From a bacterium (GTDB taxonomy: Bacteria > Patescibacteriota > Patescibacteriia > Patescibacteriales > XYC2-FULL-47-12), in contig JAUYLZ010000022.1 in the NCBI GenBank assembly GCA_030698385.1, positions 1 through 64,000 on the forward strand: 64,000 bases of DNA, given 5' to 3'. Both the position numbers and the translations under genes were made by a program. The notes beneath the pieces are model-generated. The model did no database searches. It saw only the letters and a list, made by a program, of their open reading frames with translations, and was not told the origin of the DNA. Each line of letters begins with the position of its first letter. The first letter of the stretch is position 1. This document shows, piece after piece, positions 1-8,613 of this stretch.

Positions 1-423
1 AGGAGGAATTGAATAAAAACAGAGTTTGGGAATAGAAGCAGGAAGTTTTTATAGTAGTTAGCCAACAATCTCGGGTAATCTTAACAAGTTAAAACAAAGT
101 TAAAAGATATTTTCCCAAATTATAAGACACAAAATATTGGCGATAGTAATAAAGAATTATTTTATAAAATAATAAAAATAAAAAATAGCCCCAAATAATG
201 TCCGCCCGGAGCGGACAAAAATTTTTAATTACATCAGCTAACAACGTATATCTGGTTACGCTAAAAATAATTAATTTTAACTTAAATCTAAAAGCAAAAA
301 GAGTAAAAAAGCGGTTTTGTTTTTATTATTAAACTTTGCTATAATAGCTATACAATCACTTTTCCACAAAAATTATAAAGGAGGTTTTTTAAAAAGCCTT
401 TTTTTAATTATTGCTAAAAAATA

Positions 424-2418
424 ATGTATAGATTCCTGCCTTCCTGCCGGCAGGCAGGCGCAGGAATGACAATATTAAAAATAAATATGGAAAACCAACC
501 AAACCAAGCTATCACCAAACGCACGGATTACCTCAGCTGGGATGAAACTTTTATGCTGATTTCACAGCTTATCTCCCGCCGTTCCAAGGATCCCAATACG
601 CAAAACGGCTCCTGCATTGTTGATAAAAACAAAATCATTGTGGGACTGGGCTACAACGGCTGGCCGCGCGGCATCAATGAAGACGACCTGCCGTGGGGGC
701 GAGAGGGCGGTTTTCTGGAGACCAAATACGCCTATGTCGTACATGCGGAGGAAAATGCCGTTTATAACGCCAGCGCGCCAACCAAAGGCTGTGTGATGTA
801 TTGCACGCTTTTCCCCTGCAACGAGTGCGCCAAAACTATTATCCAAAATGGCATCACGGAAATTATCTATCTTTCCGATAAATACAAAGATACGGATAAT
901 ACTATCGCTTCAAAAAAAATGCTTGATTTGGCTGGTATCAAGTACCGGCAATTTATTCCAAAAAATAACCTAAAATTTGAATTAAACGATTCGCCGGAAC
1001 TGCCGACGAAAAATGAAACTTTTGATATTACCCGGGCCAAAGGATTTAACCAGCGCGTCAATCCGGCGCTCCAAAATAATGATAATCTGATTTTTGAAAA
1101 TATCATGCCGGAAAAAAATAGCGGGCCAAAAATTTTTCTCTATGATGAATTCTCGCCCGAAGATACGGCTATGATGCAGGCGCTGTATTCGCGCTCGCCG
1201 GCGAGCGTGGTTGAACACGCTGAAAAAGTAAGACAGTCAGGTTCGGGAAAATTCATGGAGCGCTTCTATGTCGGCTACGGTCATGCTAGCATTGCCGACT
1301 GCGGCAGTACTACTCTGTTTATCGAAAACATCAGCATTCTAGCGGATAAAGCTATTCAGGACTGGCCGCTGTACTCGGGGCAGGAAACTTCAACTCGCTA
1401 CGTTGATATGTCCAAACAAAACATCATTGACCCGCTGGGAACGCCGGAATCAAAGATGATCATGGATAAATGGATGAATTTTTATCTGAGCAGCTTGCCG
1501 GCGGTTGAGGGATATATTAAACAAAAATTTCCCCGAAAAGAAAATGAAAAAGAATCTATTTATGACAAAGCCGCCAAAGCGCGCGCTTTTGACACCCTGC
1601 GCGGTTTTTTGCCAGCCGGCATTACCACGCAATTAAGCTGGCATACTAACCTTCGTCAGGCCTGGGACAAGCTGGCTTTACTGCGATTCTGGCCATTGCC
1701 GGAGGCGCGGACAATTGCTGAAAAAATGCATGCGTTGCTAAAACAAAAATATCCACACAGTTTCAGCCATGAATTAGTTGATGATCAGGAAAAATACCGA
1801 GCGGAGCTTAATGATAAATACGCCTACTATAACGTGAACTTTTCCTCCAGCTTCAGCTATACAACATCGCTCTCAGCTGATAAAATAAGAATATACGATA
1901 GTATCATCCAATCACGTCCGGAAAAAACCGGTTTGCCGAACTTTCTCGCTGAACTGGGACAAATCTCTTTTGAGTTCTTGCTCGACTTTGGGTCATTTCG
2001 CGATATTCAGCGCCACCGCAATGGTGTCTGCCGCATGCCATTGCTAACCACTCAATTTGGCTTTAATAATTGGTATCTGGAACAACTGCCTGAGGCGCTC
2101 AGAATGCGAGCCAATGAACTTATCAATGAACAAAAGCGCTCTATTGATCAATTAGTTGCCACTCCTGAAATTAAGCAGTACTATATCGCGCTGGGATTCA
2201 ATATGGCCTGCAAAAATACCTATTCATTGCCAGCGGCCGTCTATGTGGCTGAGTTGCGTTCCGGCATTCCGGTTCACCCCAGTTTAAGAAAAATCGCCCA
2301 CCAGATGCACAACGCCATTATGGAAATTTACCCAAACATGCTGATGCATACCGACTTGCGGCTTGATGACTGGGATGTGCGGCGCGGCACGCAGGATATT
2401 ACGCAAAAGCAAAATTAA
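424..2418 (+). CDS. dCMP deaminase fused to a tandem-duplicated ThyX-like flavin-dependent thymidylate synthase
   Basis: N-terminus carries the cytidine/dCMP deaminase zinc motifs (VHAEENA ... PCNECAKTI). The following ~460 aa contain two ThyX-like halves (YGHASIADCGSTTLFIENIS...STRYV / ARAFDTLRGFLPAGITTQLSWHTNLRQAW and FGSFRDIQRHRNGVCRMP / ELRSGIPVHPSLRKIAHQMH). Alternative starts at 466 (MTILK) or 487 (MENQ) lie just after a GC-rich palindrome. Confidence 0.75.
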   Translation: MYRFLPSCRQAGAGMTILKINMENQPNQAITKRTDYLSWDETFMLISQLISRRSKDPNTQNGSCIVDKNKIIVGLGYNGWPRGINEDDLPWGREGGFLETKYAYVVHAEENAVYNASAPTKGCVMYCTLFPCNECAKTIIQNGITEIIYLSDKYKDTDNTIASKKMLDLAGIKYRQFIPKNNLKFELNDSPELPTKNETFDITRAKGFNQRVNPALQNNDNLIFENIMPEKNSGPKIFLYDEFSPEDTAMMQALYSRSPASVVEHAEKVRQSGSGKFMERFYVGYGHASIADCGSTTLFIENISILADKAIQDWPLYSGQETSTRYVDMSKQNIIDPLGTPESKMIMDKWMNFYLSSLPAVEGYIKQKFPRKENEKESIYDKAAKARAFDTLRGFLPAGITTQLSWHTNLRQAWDKLALLRFWPLPEARTIAEKMHALLKQKYPHSFSHELVDDQEKYRAELNDKYAYYNVNFSSSFSYTTSLSADKIRIYDSIIQSRPEKTGLPNFLAELGQISFEFLLDFGSFRDIQRHRNGVCRMPLLTTQFGFNNWYLEQLPEALRMRANELINEQKRSIDQLVATPEIKQYYIALGFNMACKNTYSLPAAVYVAELRSGIPVHPSLRKIAHQMHNAIMEIYPNMLMHTDLRLDDWDVRRGTQDITQKQN

Positions 2419-2447
2419 TAATAAAATCTTAGTAGAAAAACAAAATT

Positions 2448-3002
2448 ATGAAACTAATAATTGCTATTATCGGCCTGCCCGGATCGGGCAAAACCGTCGC
2501 CATTGAGTATTTGATGGAAAAATTGCATTGCCCCAAAATCTACTTTGGCGACGCTACTTTTGACGAGCTGAAAAAAAGGCGTATGGAAATCAATGAAACA
2601 AACGAACGCCAAATCAGAGAAGAACTGCGCGCCCAGCATGGCATGGCCGCCTTTGCGACAGTAAACTTGCCAAAAATTGAAACTGCTCTGGAAACTAACG
2701 ATGTAGTTCTGATTGAGAGCCTTTACAGCTGGGAGGAGTATTTAAAGCTAAAAGAAAAATTCGGCGAACAGTTGAATTTAATAACCATCTACTCATCGCC
2801 AAAAACCCGTTATGCCAGGCTGGTAAATAGGCCAATTCGCCCGCTGACCAATGAAGACGCGCGCAGCCGTGATCATTCCCAGATTGAAAATCTGCATCAA
2901 GCCGGACCGATAGCAATATCTGACTTTACGGTAATTAACGAAGGAGGTGTAGATGATCTGCATTCCGCGCTTGATGCCATTTTAAAAAAATTTAATATTT
3001 AA
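2448..3002 (+). CDS. P-loop NTPase, putative (deoxy)nucleoside monophosphate kinase (dephospho-CoA-kinase/UPF0200-like)
   Basis: Walker A GLPGSGKT at residues 9-16 and ~180 aa kinase-sized fold. Sits between two thymidylate-pathway fusion genes. Confidence 0.5.
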   Translation: MKLIIAIIGLPGSGKTVAIEYLMEKLHCPKIYFGDATFDELKKRRMEINETNERQIREELRAQHGMAAFATVNLPKIETALETNDVVLIESLYSWEEYLKLKEKFGEQLNLITIYSSPKTRYARLVNRPIRPLTNEDARSRDHSQIENLHQAGPIAISDFTVINEGGVDDLHSALDAILKKFNI

Positions 3003-3050
3003 TAAATAAAAACAATAACCAGGAGGAATTGCGAATTAAGCAATTCTTTT

Positions 3051-4256
3051 TTGTTGAGCAACCCCATGCCCTTAGTTAACAATGAACAATCAAAAGGTAA
3101 ATTTATTGTCTTATACGGCATCAATAATCTTGGCAAAACCGTCCAGGCCGAGCTTTTGGTGGATAAACTTAATGAAGAAGGCTACAAAGCGGAATACTTG
3201 AAATACCCGATTTATGACTTAGTCCCCTCCGGCATGATTATTAATGACTATTTGCGCCACAGCAATTATTACAAACTTAGCCCGCGGGAAATACAGACTT
3301 TTTATACATTTAACCGCACTCAATTTCAACACGAGCTGGAAAAAAAGCTTGTCGGCGGCATCACCGTAATTGCCGAAGATTACACCGGCACCGGCCTTGC
3401 CTGGGGCATTGGCGCCGGCGTGGATGAAAACTTTCTTAAATATTTGAATAGTCATCTGCTGACTGAAGATCTGGCCATATTGCTTGATGGCGAGCGTTTT
3501 TCAGCGGGTATTGAAACCAACCATAAGCATGAGCGAGATTCCGAATTAACCGATCAAGTGCGTGAGGTGCATCTGCGTTTAGCGCTGGAAAAAAACTGGC
3601 AAGTTATAAACGCCAATCAGACTATTGAACAAGTTCATGAAAAAATCTGGCAACAAACGCAAAAAATTATCCGTAGTAATAATGATCAAATTTTTAACTA
3701 TATACAAAAAAAGGTAAAAAATACTCAAGCCGAAAAAATATCCGAAATGACCATTATCAATGAAACCTTCAATGAAAACATTCAATATCTTGGCAATAAT
3801 AATGAAGCAAAGGACTCGGATATTTCACAAAATCTTAAACTGAAAATTCAAAAAATTCCCCCTGATGCCAAAATCCCAACCCGCGCGCATGAGCATGATG
3901 CCGGTCTGGATATCTACGCGAATGACTACTACACGCTCTATGAAAATGAAAGAATCGCAATAGCTACCGGAATCAAACTGGCTATTCCGCCCGGCTATGT
4001 CGGTCTCGTTTGGGACAAAAGCGGTATTGCCGCCAGCGGTCTGCACGCAATCGGCGGTGTCATTGATTCTGATTATCGCGGTGAATTGAAAATTCTGGTT
4101 TATAACATCTCCGGTGATATTTATAATATTAAAAAAGGGCAAAAAATCGCCCAACTTTTAATCCAGGAAATAAAAACGCCGGATGTAATAGAATCCGGCG
4201 ATTTGAATGAAACAACGCGCAATGAGGGTGGGTTTGGTAGTAGTGGTATATATTAG
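3051..4256 (+). CDS. Thymidylate-kinase-like P-loop domain fused to dUTPase
   Basis: N-terminal half: FIVLYGINNLGKT Walker A and a Tmk-like EDYTGTGLAWGIG segment. C-terminal half: dUTPase motifs AGLDIYA, GLVWDKSGIA, IDSDYRGEL, KGQKIAQL. Low-complexity linker between them. Confidence 0.75.
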   Translation: MLSNPMPLVNNEQSKGKFIVLYGINNLGKTVQAELLVDKLNEEGYKAEYLKYPIYDLVPSGMIINDYLRHSNYYKLSPREIQTFYTFNRTQFQHELEKKLVGGITVIAEDYTGTGLAWGIGAGVDENFLKYLNSHLLTEDLAILLDGERFSAGIETNHKHERDSELTDQVREVHLRLALEKNWQVINANQTIEQVHEKIWQQTQKIIRSNNDQIFNYIQKKVKNTQAEKISEMTIINETFNENIQYLGNNNEAKDSDISQNLKLKIQKIPPDAKIPTRAHEHDAGLDIYANDYYTLYENERIAIATGIKLAIPPGYVGLVWDKSGIAASGLHAIGGVIDSDYRGELKILVYNISGDIYNIKKGQKIAQLLIQEIKTPDVIESGDLNETTRNEGGFGSSGIY

Positions 4257-4560
4257 AAAAATTTATTATTTAAACTCTCCTCTTTTTTTCTCCTTTTCTT
4301 TTTTCCGCAAATTTGACTCTACCCAATCCAAATCTAAACCGCTTCTATGCAGTGTGGTCTGCGGCACATTTACAAATTTTGGAATAATAACTGTTTTTAC
4401 CGCGGCAGTACTTTTTTCATCTTTCATATTCCCATCCTTCCTTAATTTATTTTAAAAAGATCGTTTTAATACATCTATACTATAATTTTTCTCATAAATC
4501 GTCAAGCTTAAAAAGGCTTGTTTTTTACATATTTTTCAGCTAAACTAAAATAAGAGAATT

Positions 4561-4608
4561 TGTTTAAATGTTTAAATGTTTAAATGTTTTAGTGTTTAAA
4601 TGTTTATT
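4561..4608. repeat. Tandem array of six 8-nt units (TGTTTAAA x3, TGTTTTAG, TGTTTAAA, TGTTTATT) abutting the gatB start
   Basis: Read directly from the sequence; ends at the ATG 4609. Confidence 0.8.
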
Positions 4609-6135
4609 ATGTCCTACGATGTCATTATCGGTCTGGAAGTGCATGTCCAGCCAAATACCAAAAGCAAAATGTTCTGCCGTTGCCGCAATCTCAACGAAGA
4701 TGTTGGTAAAGAGCCAAACTCAACCGTTTGCCCGATTTGTCTTGGCCATCCGGGGACTCTGCCGGTTATTAATAAAAAAGCGATTGAATTAACCGTTCTC
4801 GCCGGTTTGGCATTGGAGGGTGAAATTAATACCTACTCAAAATTTGACCGCAAGCACTACTTCTATCCGGACTTGCCAAAGGCCTATCAAATCTCCCAGT
4901 ACGACCTGCCGCTGGTCTATAACGGACATTTAAATATTGACGGTCATGATATAAAAATTACCCGTATTCATCTCGAAGAAGACGCCGGCAAACTGACGCA
5001 TCCGGCCGGAAAAAACTATTCGCTCGCCGATTACAACCGCGCCAGTTCCCCGCTGATGGAGCTTGTCACGGAACCCGTAATTAAATCCGCCCAAGAAGCA
5101 AAAAAATTCTGCCAGAAATACCAGCAAATCCTCCGCTATCTCGAAATCGCCGAAGCAGACATGGAAAAAGGCCAGATGCGCTGTGAGGCAAACCTAAGCC
5201 TGCAGGAAAAAGGCAAATGGCGCTACGATGAAGAAAAAGGCGCAATTGAGCCGATCGGCAATTATAAACTCAACGGCAAAGTTGAACTGAAAAATATTAA
5301 TTCTTTTAAAGCGATGGAGCGCGCGATTGAGTATGAAATCAGGCGGCAAACAGAAGCGCTCAATAATAACGAGACAATCCCGCAGGAAACGCGCGGCTGG
5401 GATGAAGATACGCAAAAAACCGTTAGCCAGCGTTCAAAGGAAGAGGCGAATGATTACAGATATTTTCCTGATCCGGATATCTCGCCTTTTGTCATTGATG
5501 CCGACTGGCTGAAAAAAATCAGAGCGGACTTGGTTGAGCTCCCTGACGCAAAAATTGCCCGATTCAAAAAGCAATACGGTTTTTCGCTATATGACGCTGA
5601 AATGCTAACCGCTGACAAAAATGTGGCTAAATTTGTTGAAGAAGTGATTTCTGAGTTACGCGCTTGGGTAAATACCAATGGCCACAACTGGGAAACGGCG
5701 CAGACAAAGCTGGCTAAACTCACCGGCAACTGGATTGGTACGGAGCTGTTTAAATATTTCAATGAAACCAAAACCGGCATTAAAGATATTAAAATTACCG
5801 CCGAAAATTTCGCGGAATTTATCGCGATTATTTTTGAGGACAAGGTAAACTCAACGGCGGCGCAAATAATTTTTAAAGAATTATACGAAAACGGCGGTGA
5901 TCCGTCAGATATCATGAAAGCTAAAAAATTAGAACAAATGGACAATGACGATGAACTTTCCGATATTATTCATGAAGTTATCGCGAAAAATGAAAAAGCG
6001 GTAAATGAATTCAAATCCGGTAAAGAAAATGCTCTTCAGTTCTTGGTCGGACAGGTCATGGCGGCGAGCAAAGGCAAGGCCAATCCACAAAAAACAAAAG
6101 AATTACTGGAAAAAAATATTAAAAATAACGCCTGA
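4600..6135 (+). CDS. gatB: Asp/Glu-tRNA amidotransferase subunit B
   Basis: MSYDVIIGLEVHVQ...CRCRN N-terminus is typical of GatB; the C-terminal helical and YqeY-like tail is also typical. Likely true start is the ATG at 4609. No gatA/gatC adjacent. Confidence 0.85.
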   Translation: MFIMSYDVIIGLEVHVQPNTKSKMFCRCRNLNEDVGKEPNSTVCPICLGHPGTLPVINKKAIELTVLAGLALEGEINTYSKFDRKHYFYPDLPKAYQISQYDLPLVYNGHLNIDGHDIKITRIHLEEDAGKLTHPAGKNYSLADYNRASSPLMELVTEPVIKSAQEAKKFCQKYQQILRYLEIAEADMEKGQMRCEANLSLQEKGKWRYDEEKGAIEPIGNYKLNGKVELKNINSFKAMERAIEYEIRRQTEALNNNETIPQETRGWDEDTQKTVSQRSKEEANDYRYFPDPDISPFVIDADWLKKIRADLVELPDAKIARFKKQYGFSLYDAEMLTADKNVAKFVEEVISELRAWVNTNGHNWETAQTKLAKLTGNWIGTELFKYFNETKTGIKDIKITAENFAEFIAIIFEDKVNSTAAQIIFKELYENGGDPSDIMKAKKLEQMDNDDELSDIIHEVIAKNEKAVNEFKSGKENALQFLVGQVMAASKGKANPQKTKELLEKNIKNNA

Positions 6136-6240
6136 TTATTTTTGATATAATCTATTGCCAGACAAAAAATAAATTAAAAAAATTGTTCATTTGCACCTTA
6201 CAAATACTGGTTTTAAAACCAACAAAAAAAGGAGAAAATC

Positions 6241-6918
6241 ATGAAAAAACAGTACAGACACGGATATTGGAAAGATTTGTTTTATGGCGCCAAAAGCACT
6301 CTACGCGACATTTCAACTACGAAGCTAAATAACTTTATTGCCAACAGCTGGACTTTTCCCAGCCACCGCAAACTGGTTGCTCAAGAGCTAATCCGCAGAA
6401 ATGAGCTGCACGGTTTGCAATTCGTTATCAAATATGGGCCAACTTATTTCTTGAGATGGCGCGCCTCGCGTCAAGCACTGAAACATCCGGACATGGGAGC
6501 CGGCTTTGCCGCGCATATTATGGAGTACGATTGGCTGCACTGTTTTTCCGCCTGGCGCTGGCTAATGAAAAAGGATTTGCGTCACTCATACGAAAGAGCG
6601 ATGATTAGCAGCGTGGTGATTAGCTGTTGTTCATTTTTTTGGAAAAGCGTTGCGTTCATTAAGTTGCTGCGCCTGGGCGTTACCGCTGGAGAATTAACAT
6701 CTCTGATTATGTACGGAACGCCGTTTTGGCAAGAAATTGCCTGGCAGCTGCTCCCGTTCCTGAATGATAAACATTATATAAGAAACATAAATTTCATCTA
6801 CGCCTGCAGCTATGAAAAAAGTCCGAAAATTTGGGGCGGCAATCCGGATAAATGGAAAAAGCGAGCCGCCAAAATTCTTGAATTAAACAATTTACCAAAA
6901 CATGAATTTGACTGGTAA
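6241..6918 (+). CDS. Hypothetical Trp-rich protein
   Basis: Strong SD (AAAGGAGAA) 6 nt upstream and an intrinsic terminator hairpin at 6938-6970. No recognisable domain. Confidence 0.55.
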   Translation: MKKQYRHGYWKDLFYGAKSTLRDISTTKLNNFIANSWTFPSHRKLVAQELIRRNELHGLQFVIKYGPTYFLRWRASRQALKHPDMGAGFAAHIMEYDWLHCFSAWRWLMKKDLRHSYERAMISSVVISCCSFFWKSVAFIKLLRLGVTAGELTSLIMYGTPFWQEIAWQLLPFLNDKHYIRNINFIYACSYEKSPKIWGGNPDKWKKRAAKILELNNLPKHEFDW

Positions 6919-6937
6919 TAATTGTTTTCCACACCTC

Positions 6938-6970
6938 AAACGAGACTGCCATAGTCTCGTTTTCTTTTTC
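6938..6970 (+). terminator. Intrinsic terminator
   Basis: AAACGAGACT-gccat-AGTCTCGTTT followed by TCTTTTT; 20 nt after the stop of 6241-6918. Confidence 0.65.
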
Positions 6971-7000
6971 TTTCATTTTTCCTAATAAAAATACCCTCTC

Positions 7001-7029
7001 TTGACAAATATTTTGCCATAATATATATT
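7001..7029 (+). promoter_or_regulatory. Sigma70-like promoter (TTGACA-17-TATATT) with no ORF-track gene downstream before a terminator
   Basis: TTGACA 7001-7006, 17 nt spacer, TATATT 7024-7029. Confidence 0.35.
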
Positions 7030-7036
7030 AATAAAA

Positions 7037-7167
7037 ATACCTAAAAATTTAAATTAATGTCGCGCAAACAACCAAACAATTATCAGAACCGAATGTCTGA
7101 ACGCAAAACTTCAGACAATAATAATATTTTTTAATTTCCAATCTCCCAGTAACGGGAGATTTTTTTA
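7037..7167 (+). ncRNA. Candidate small RNA or 25-codon micro-ORF transcript bounded by a promoter and an intrinsic terminator
   Basis: About 130 nt between the 7001-7029 promoter and terminator 7141-7167. Contains the hairpin GTCTGAAcgcaaaacTTCAGAC (7101-7123) and a 25-codon ORF (7067-7144, MSRKQPNNYQNRMSERKTSDNNNIF) without SD. Confidence 0.3.
7141..7167 (+). terminator. Intrinsic terminator
   Basis: ATCTCCC-agtaac-GGGAGAT followed by TTTTTT. Confidence 0.7.
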
Positions 7168-7265
7168 TAACCGATCTTTTTAGATCTTTACAATAAAATA
7201 AGCGTATAATAAACCGTAAGGTTTTTTATATAAATAATAAAAATAGCTGAGGGAGGAACAAAACC

Positions 7266-7472
7266 ATGATATGCCCACATTGCCAAAAGGAGATCACCCA
7301 ACAACATGAGGTACATGAAATTGATGAGAAACTATACCATTATCGTTGGGCCGATATTGGCCACACCTCATGTTACTGGCAAGAAATGGAAAAACAAGAA
7401 TTGCTTATTAACGGCGTTCACCCTATGTTCACAAAACAACAATTAGTTTCTTCCATAACGCAAGCTGCTTAA
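7266..7472 (+). CDS. Small CxxC/His protein (putative zinc-ribbon-like), hypothetical
   Basis: Strong SD (GAGGGAGGA) 7 nt upstream. Begins MICPHCQ ... H..C. Followed by bidirectional terminator 7506-7541. Confidence 0.5.
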   Translation: MICPHCQKEITQQHEVHEIDEKLYHYRWADIGHTSCYWQEMEKQELLINGVHPMFTKQQLVSSITQAA

Positions 7473-7505
7473 AAAAATAGTTCTTTAAATACCTCAACCA
7501 AAAAA

Positions 7506-7541
7506 AGGCAAGTCTTCAAAAACTTGCCCTTCTTTTTTTTA
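7506..7541. terminator. Bidirectional intrinsic terminator between 7266-7472 (+) and miaA (-)
   Basis: GGCAAGT-cttcaaaaa-ACTTGCC flanked by an A-run upstream and CTTCTTTTTTTT downstream. Confidence 0.65.
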
Positions 7542-7580
7542 ACCGATTAAATGCGGCGACTTTGCCAAAGATAAAATTAT

Positions 7581-8510
7581 TTAAAGCCAATGCTTTACGA
7601 TTTTTTTTGCCTGCGAATAATTTTTTATCCAATTTATCACCCTGCCCTGCCGCTCCCAGCGCCGCAACCATGACATTTGGCGTTTGGCAAACTGGTGAAT
7701 GGCCGTACTCAAATCATCAATAAACTCATCTTTTAGCGTAATGCCATTTACGAAATAGGTCGTATGTTTATACTCAAGACCGAAGCTTTTTAGCCGCCGC
7801 CAGCTTATTCCTTCCGCGTGCAAACGTTCTACTTCTTCAATCAGGCCTTCATTTTCAATTCGTTGAACTAATCGTTTATCGATTTTTTTATTTATTTTTT
7901 CACGGTCCAAATTAATACCCAGCAATAAACAGTCGTAATCACTGCCTTTTTTTTGCAAAGTTTCGGTCAGCGGTTTTTCCGTTTGTTTCACAATCTCAAT
8001 ATAACGAATTAAGTAGCGCTTATTTTGAATTATACTTTGAAAACTCGGATCCAATTTTTTTAGTATCTTTTGCAACTCTTTAATCGGCTTTTTTTTCAAA
8101 CTATTTCGCAACTCCTTATCCGGCTTCACATTATTAAGGCTGTAACCGTCAACAATTGCCTGTGCATAAAGTCCGGTGCCACCGACTAAAATTGGCAATT
8201 TGCCTCGCTGTTGAATATTTTTAATTGCTTTACTCGCGCATTTTATATATTTAGCCAAATTAAAATCTGTCTTTGGGCTGACAACATCAATACAATGGTA
8301 ATTAATTTTTTGAATTTTGTAGTTTAAAATTTTCAAAATATACTCATCTAAATCCTTTCCGGTGCCAACATCCATGCCCTTATAAACCTGCCGGCTATCA
8401 GCGCTGACAATTTCACCATCAAAGATACTGGCCAATTTCACGGCTAGCTTGGTTTTTCCAGTGGCGGTAGGACCGACAATTACTAGTAGTTTTTTATTGC
8501 CTTTTTTCAT
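7581..8510 (-). CDS. miaA: tRNA dimethylallyltransferase
   Basis: LLVIVGPTATGKTKLAVKLA...EIVSADSRQVYKGMDVGTGK is the MiaA P-loop N-terminus. Confidence 0.9.
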   Translation of the reverse strand: MKKGNKKLLVIVGPTATGKTKLAVKLASIFDGEIVSADSRQVYKGMDVGTGKDLDEYILKILNYKIQKINYHCIDVVSPKTDFNLAKYIKCASKAIKNIQQRGKLPILVGGTGLYAQAIVDGYSLNNVKPDKELRNSLKKKPIKELQKILKKLDPSFQSIIQNKRYLIRYIEIVKQTEKPLTETLQKKGSDYDCLLLGINLDREKINKKIDKRLVQRIENEGLIEEVERLHAEGISWRRLKSFGLEYKHTTYFVNGITLKDEFIDDLSTAIHQFAKRQMSWLRRWERQGRVINWIKNYSQAKKIVKHWL

Positions 8511-8539
8511 AGTAATTTACTATAACATACTATTGAAAA

Positions 8540-8574
8540 AAATACAATAAAGACGGTTTTTACACCGTCTTTTA
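8540..8574. terminator. Hairpin with flanking T-runs between miaA and 8614-9243
   Basis: AAGACGGT-ttttac-ACCGTCTT followed by TTACACTTTTTTT. Confidence 0.5.
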
Positions 8575-8613
8575 CACTTTTTTTCCATTTTAAATTGCCC
8601 ACGATTCAGCCTG

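Noticed and set aside
198-232. Hairpin GTCCGC-ccgga-GCGGAC as an intrinsic terminator
   Set aside because: An A-run precedes and a weak T-tract follows on both strands. No upstream gene is visible within the window to terminate, so it was left uncalled.
1000-2418. Splitting the ThyX region into two separate genes
   Set aside because: There is a continuous open frame with no stop or candidate internal start/SD between the two ThyX-like halves, so it is kept as one fusion protein.
4207-4455. 82-codon plus-strand ORF at the dut 3' end
   Set aside because: It overlaps the dUTPase C-terminus in another frame and continues into a CT-rich low-complexity tract, so it is unlikely to be coding.
4561-4608. 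Possible CRISPR array
   Set aside because: The units are 8 nt with no spacers, which is far too short for CRISPR repeats. This is a simple tandem repeat.
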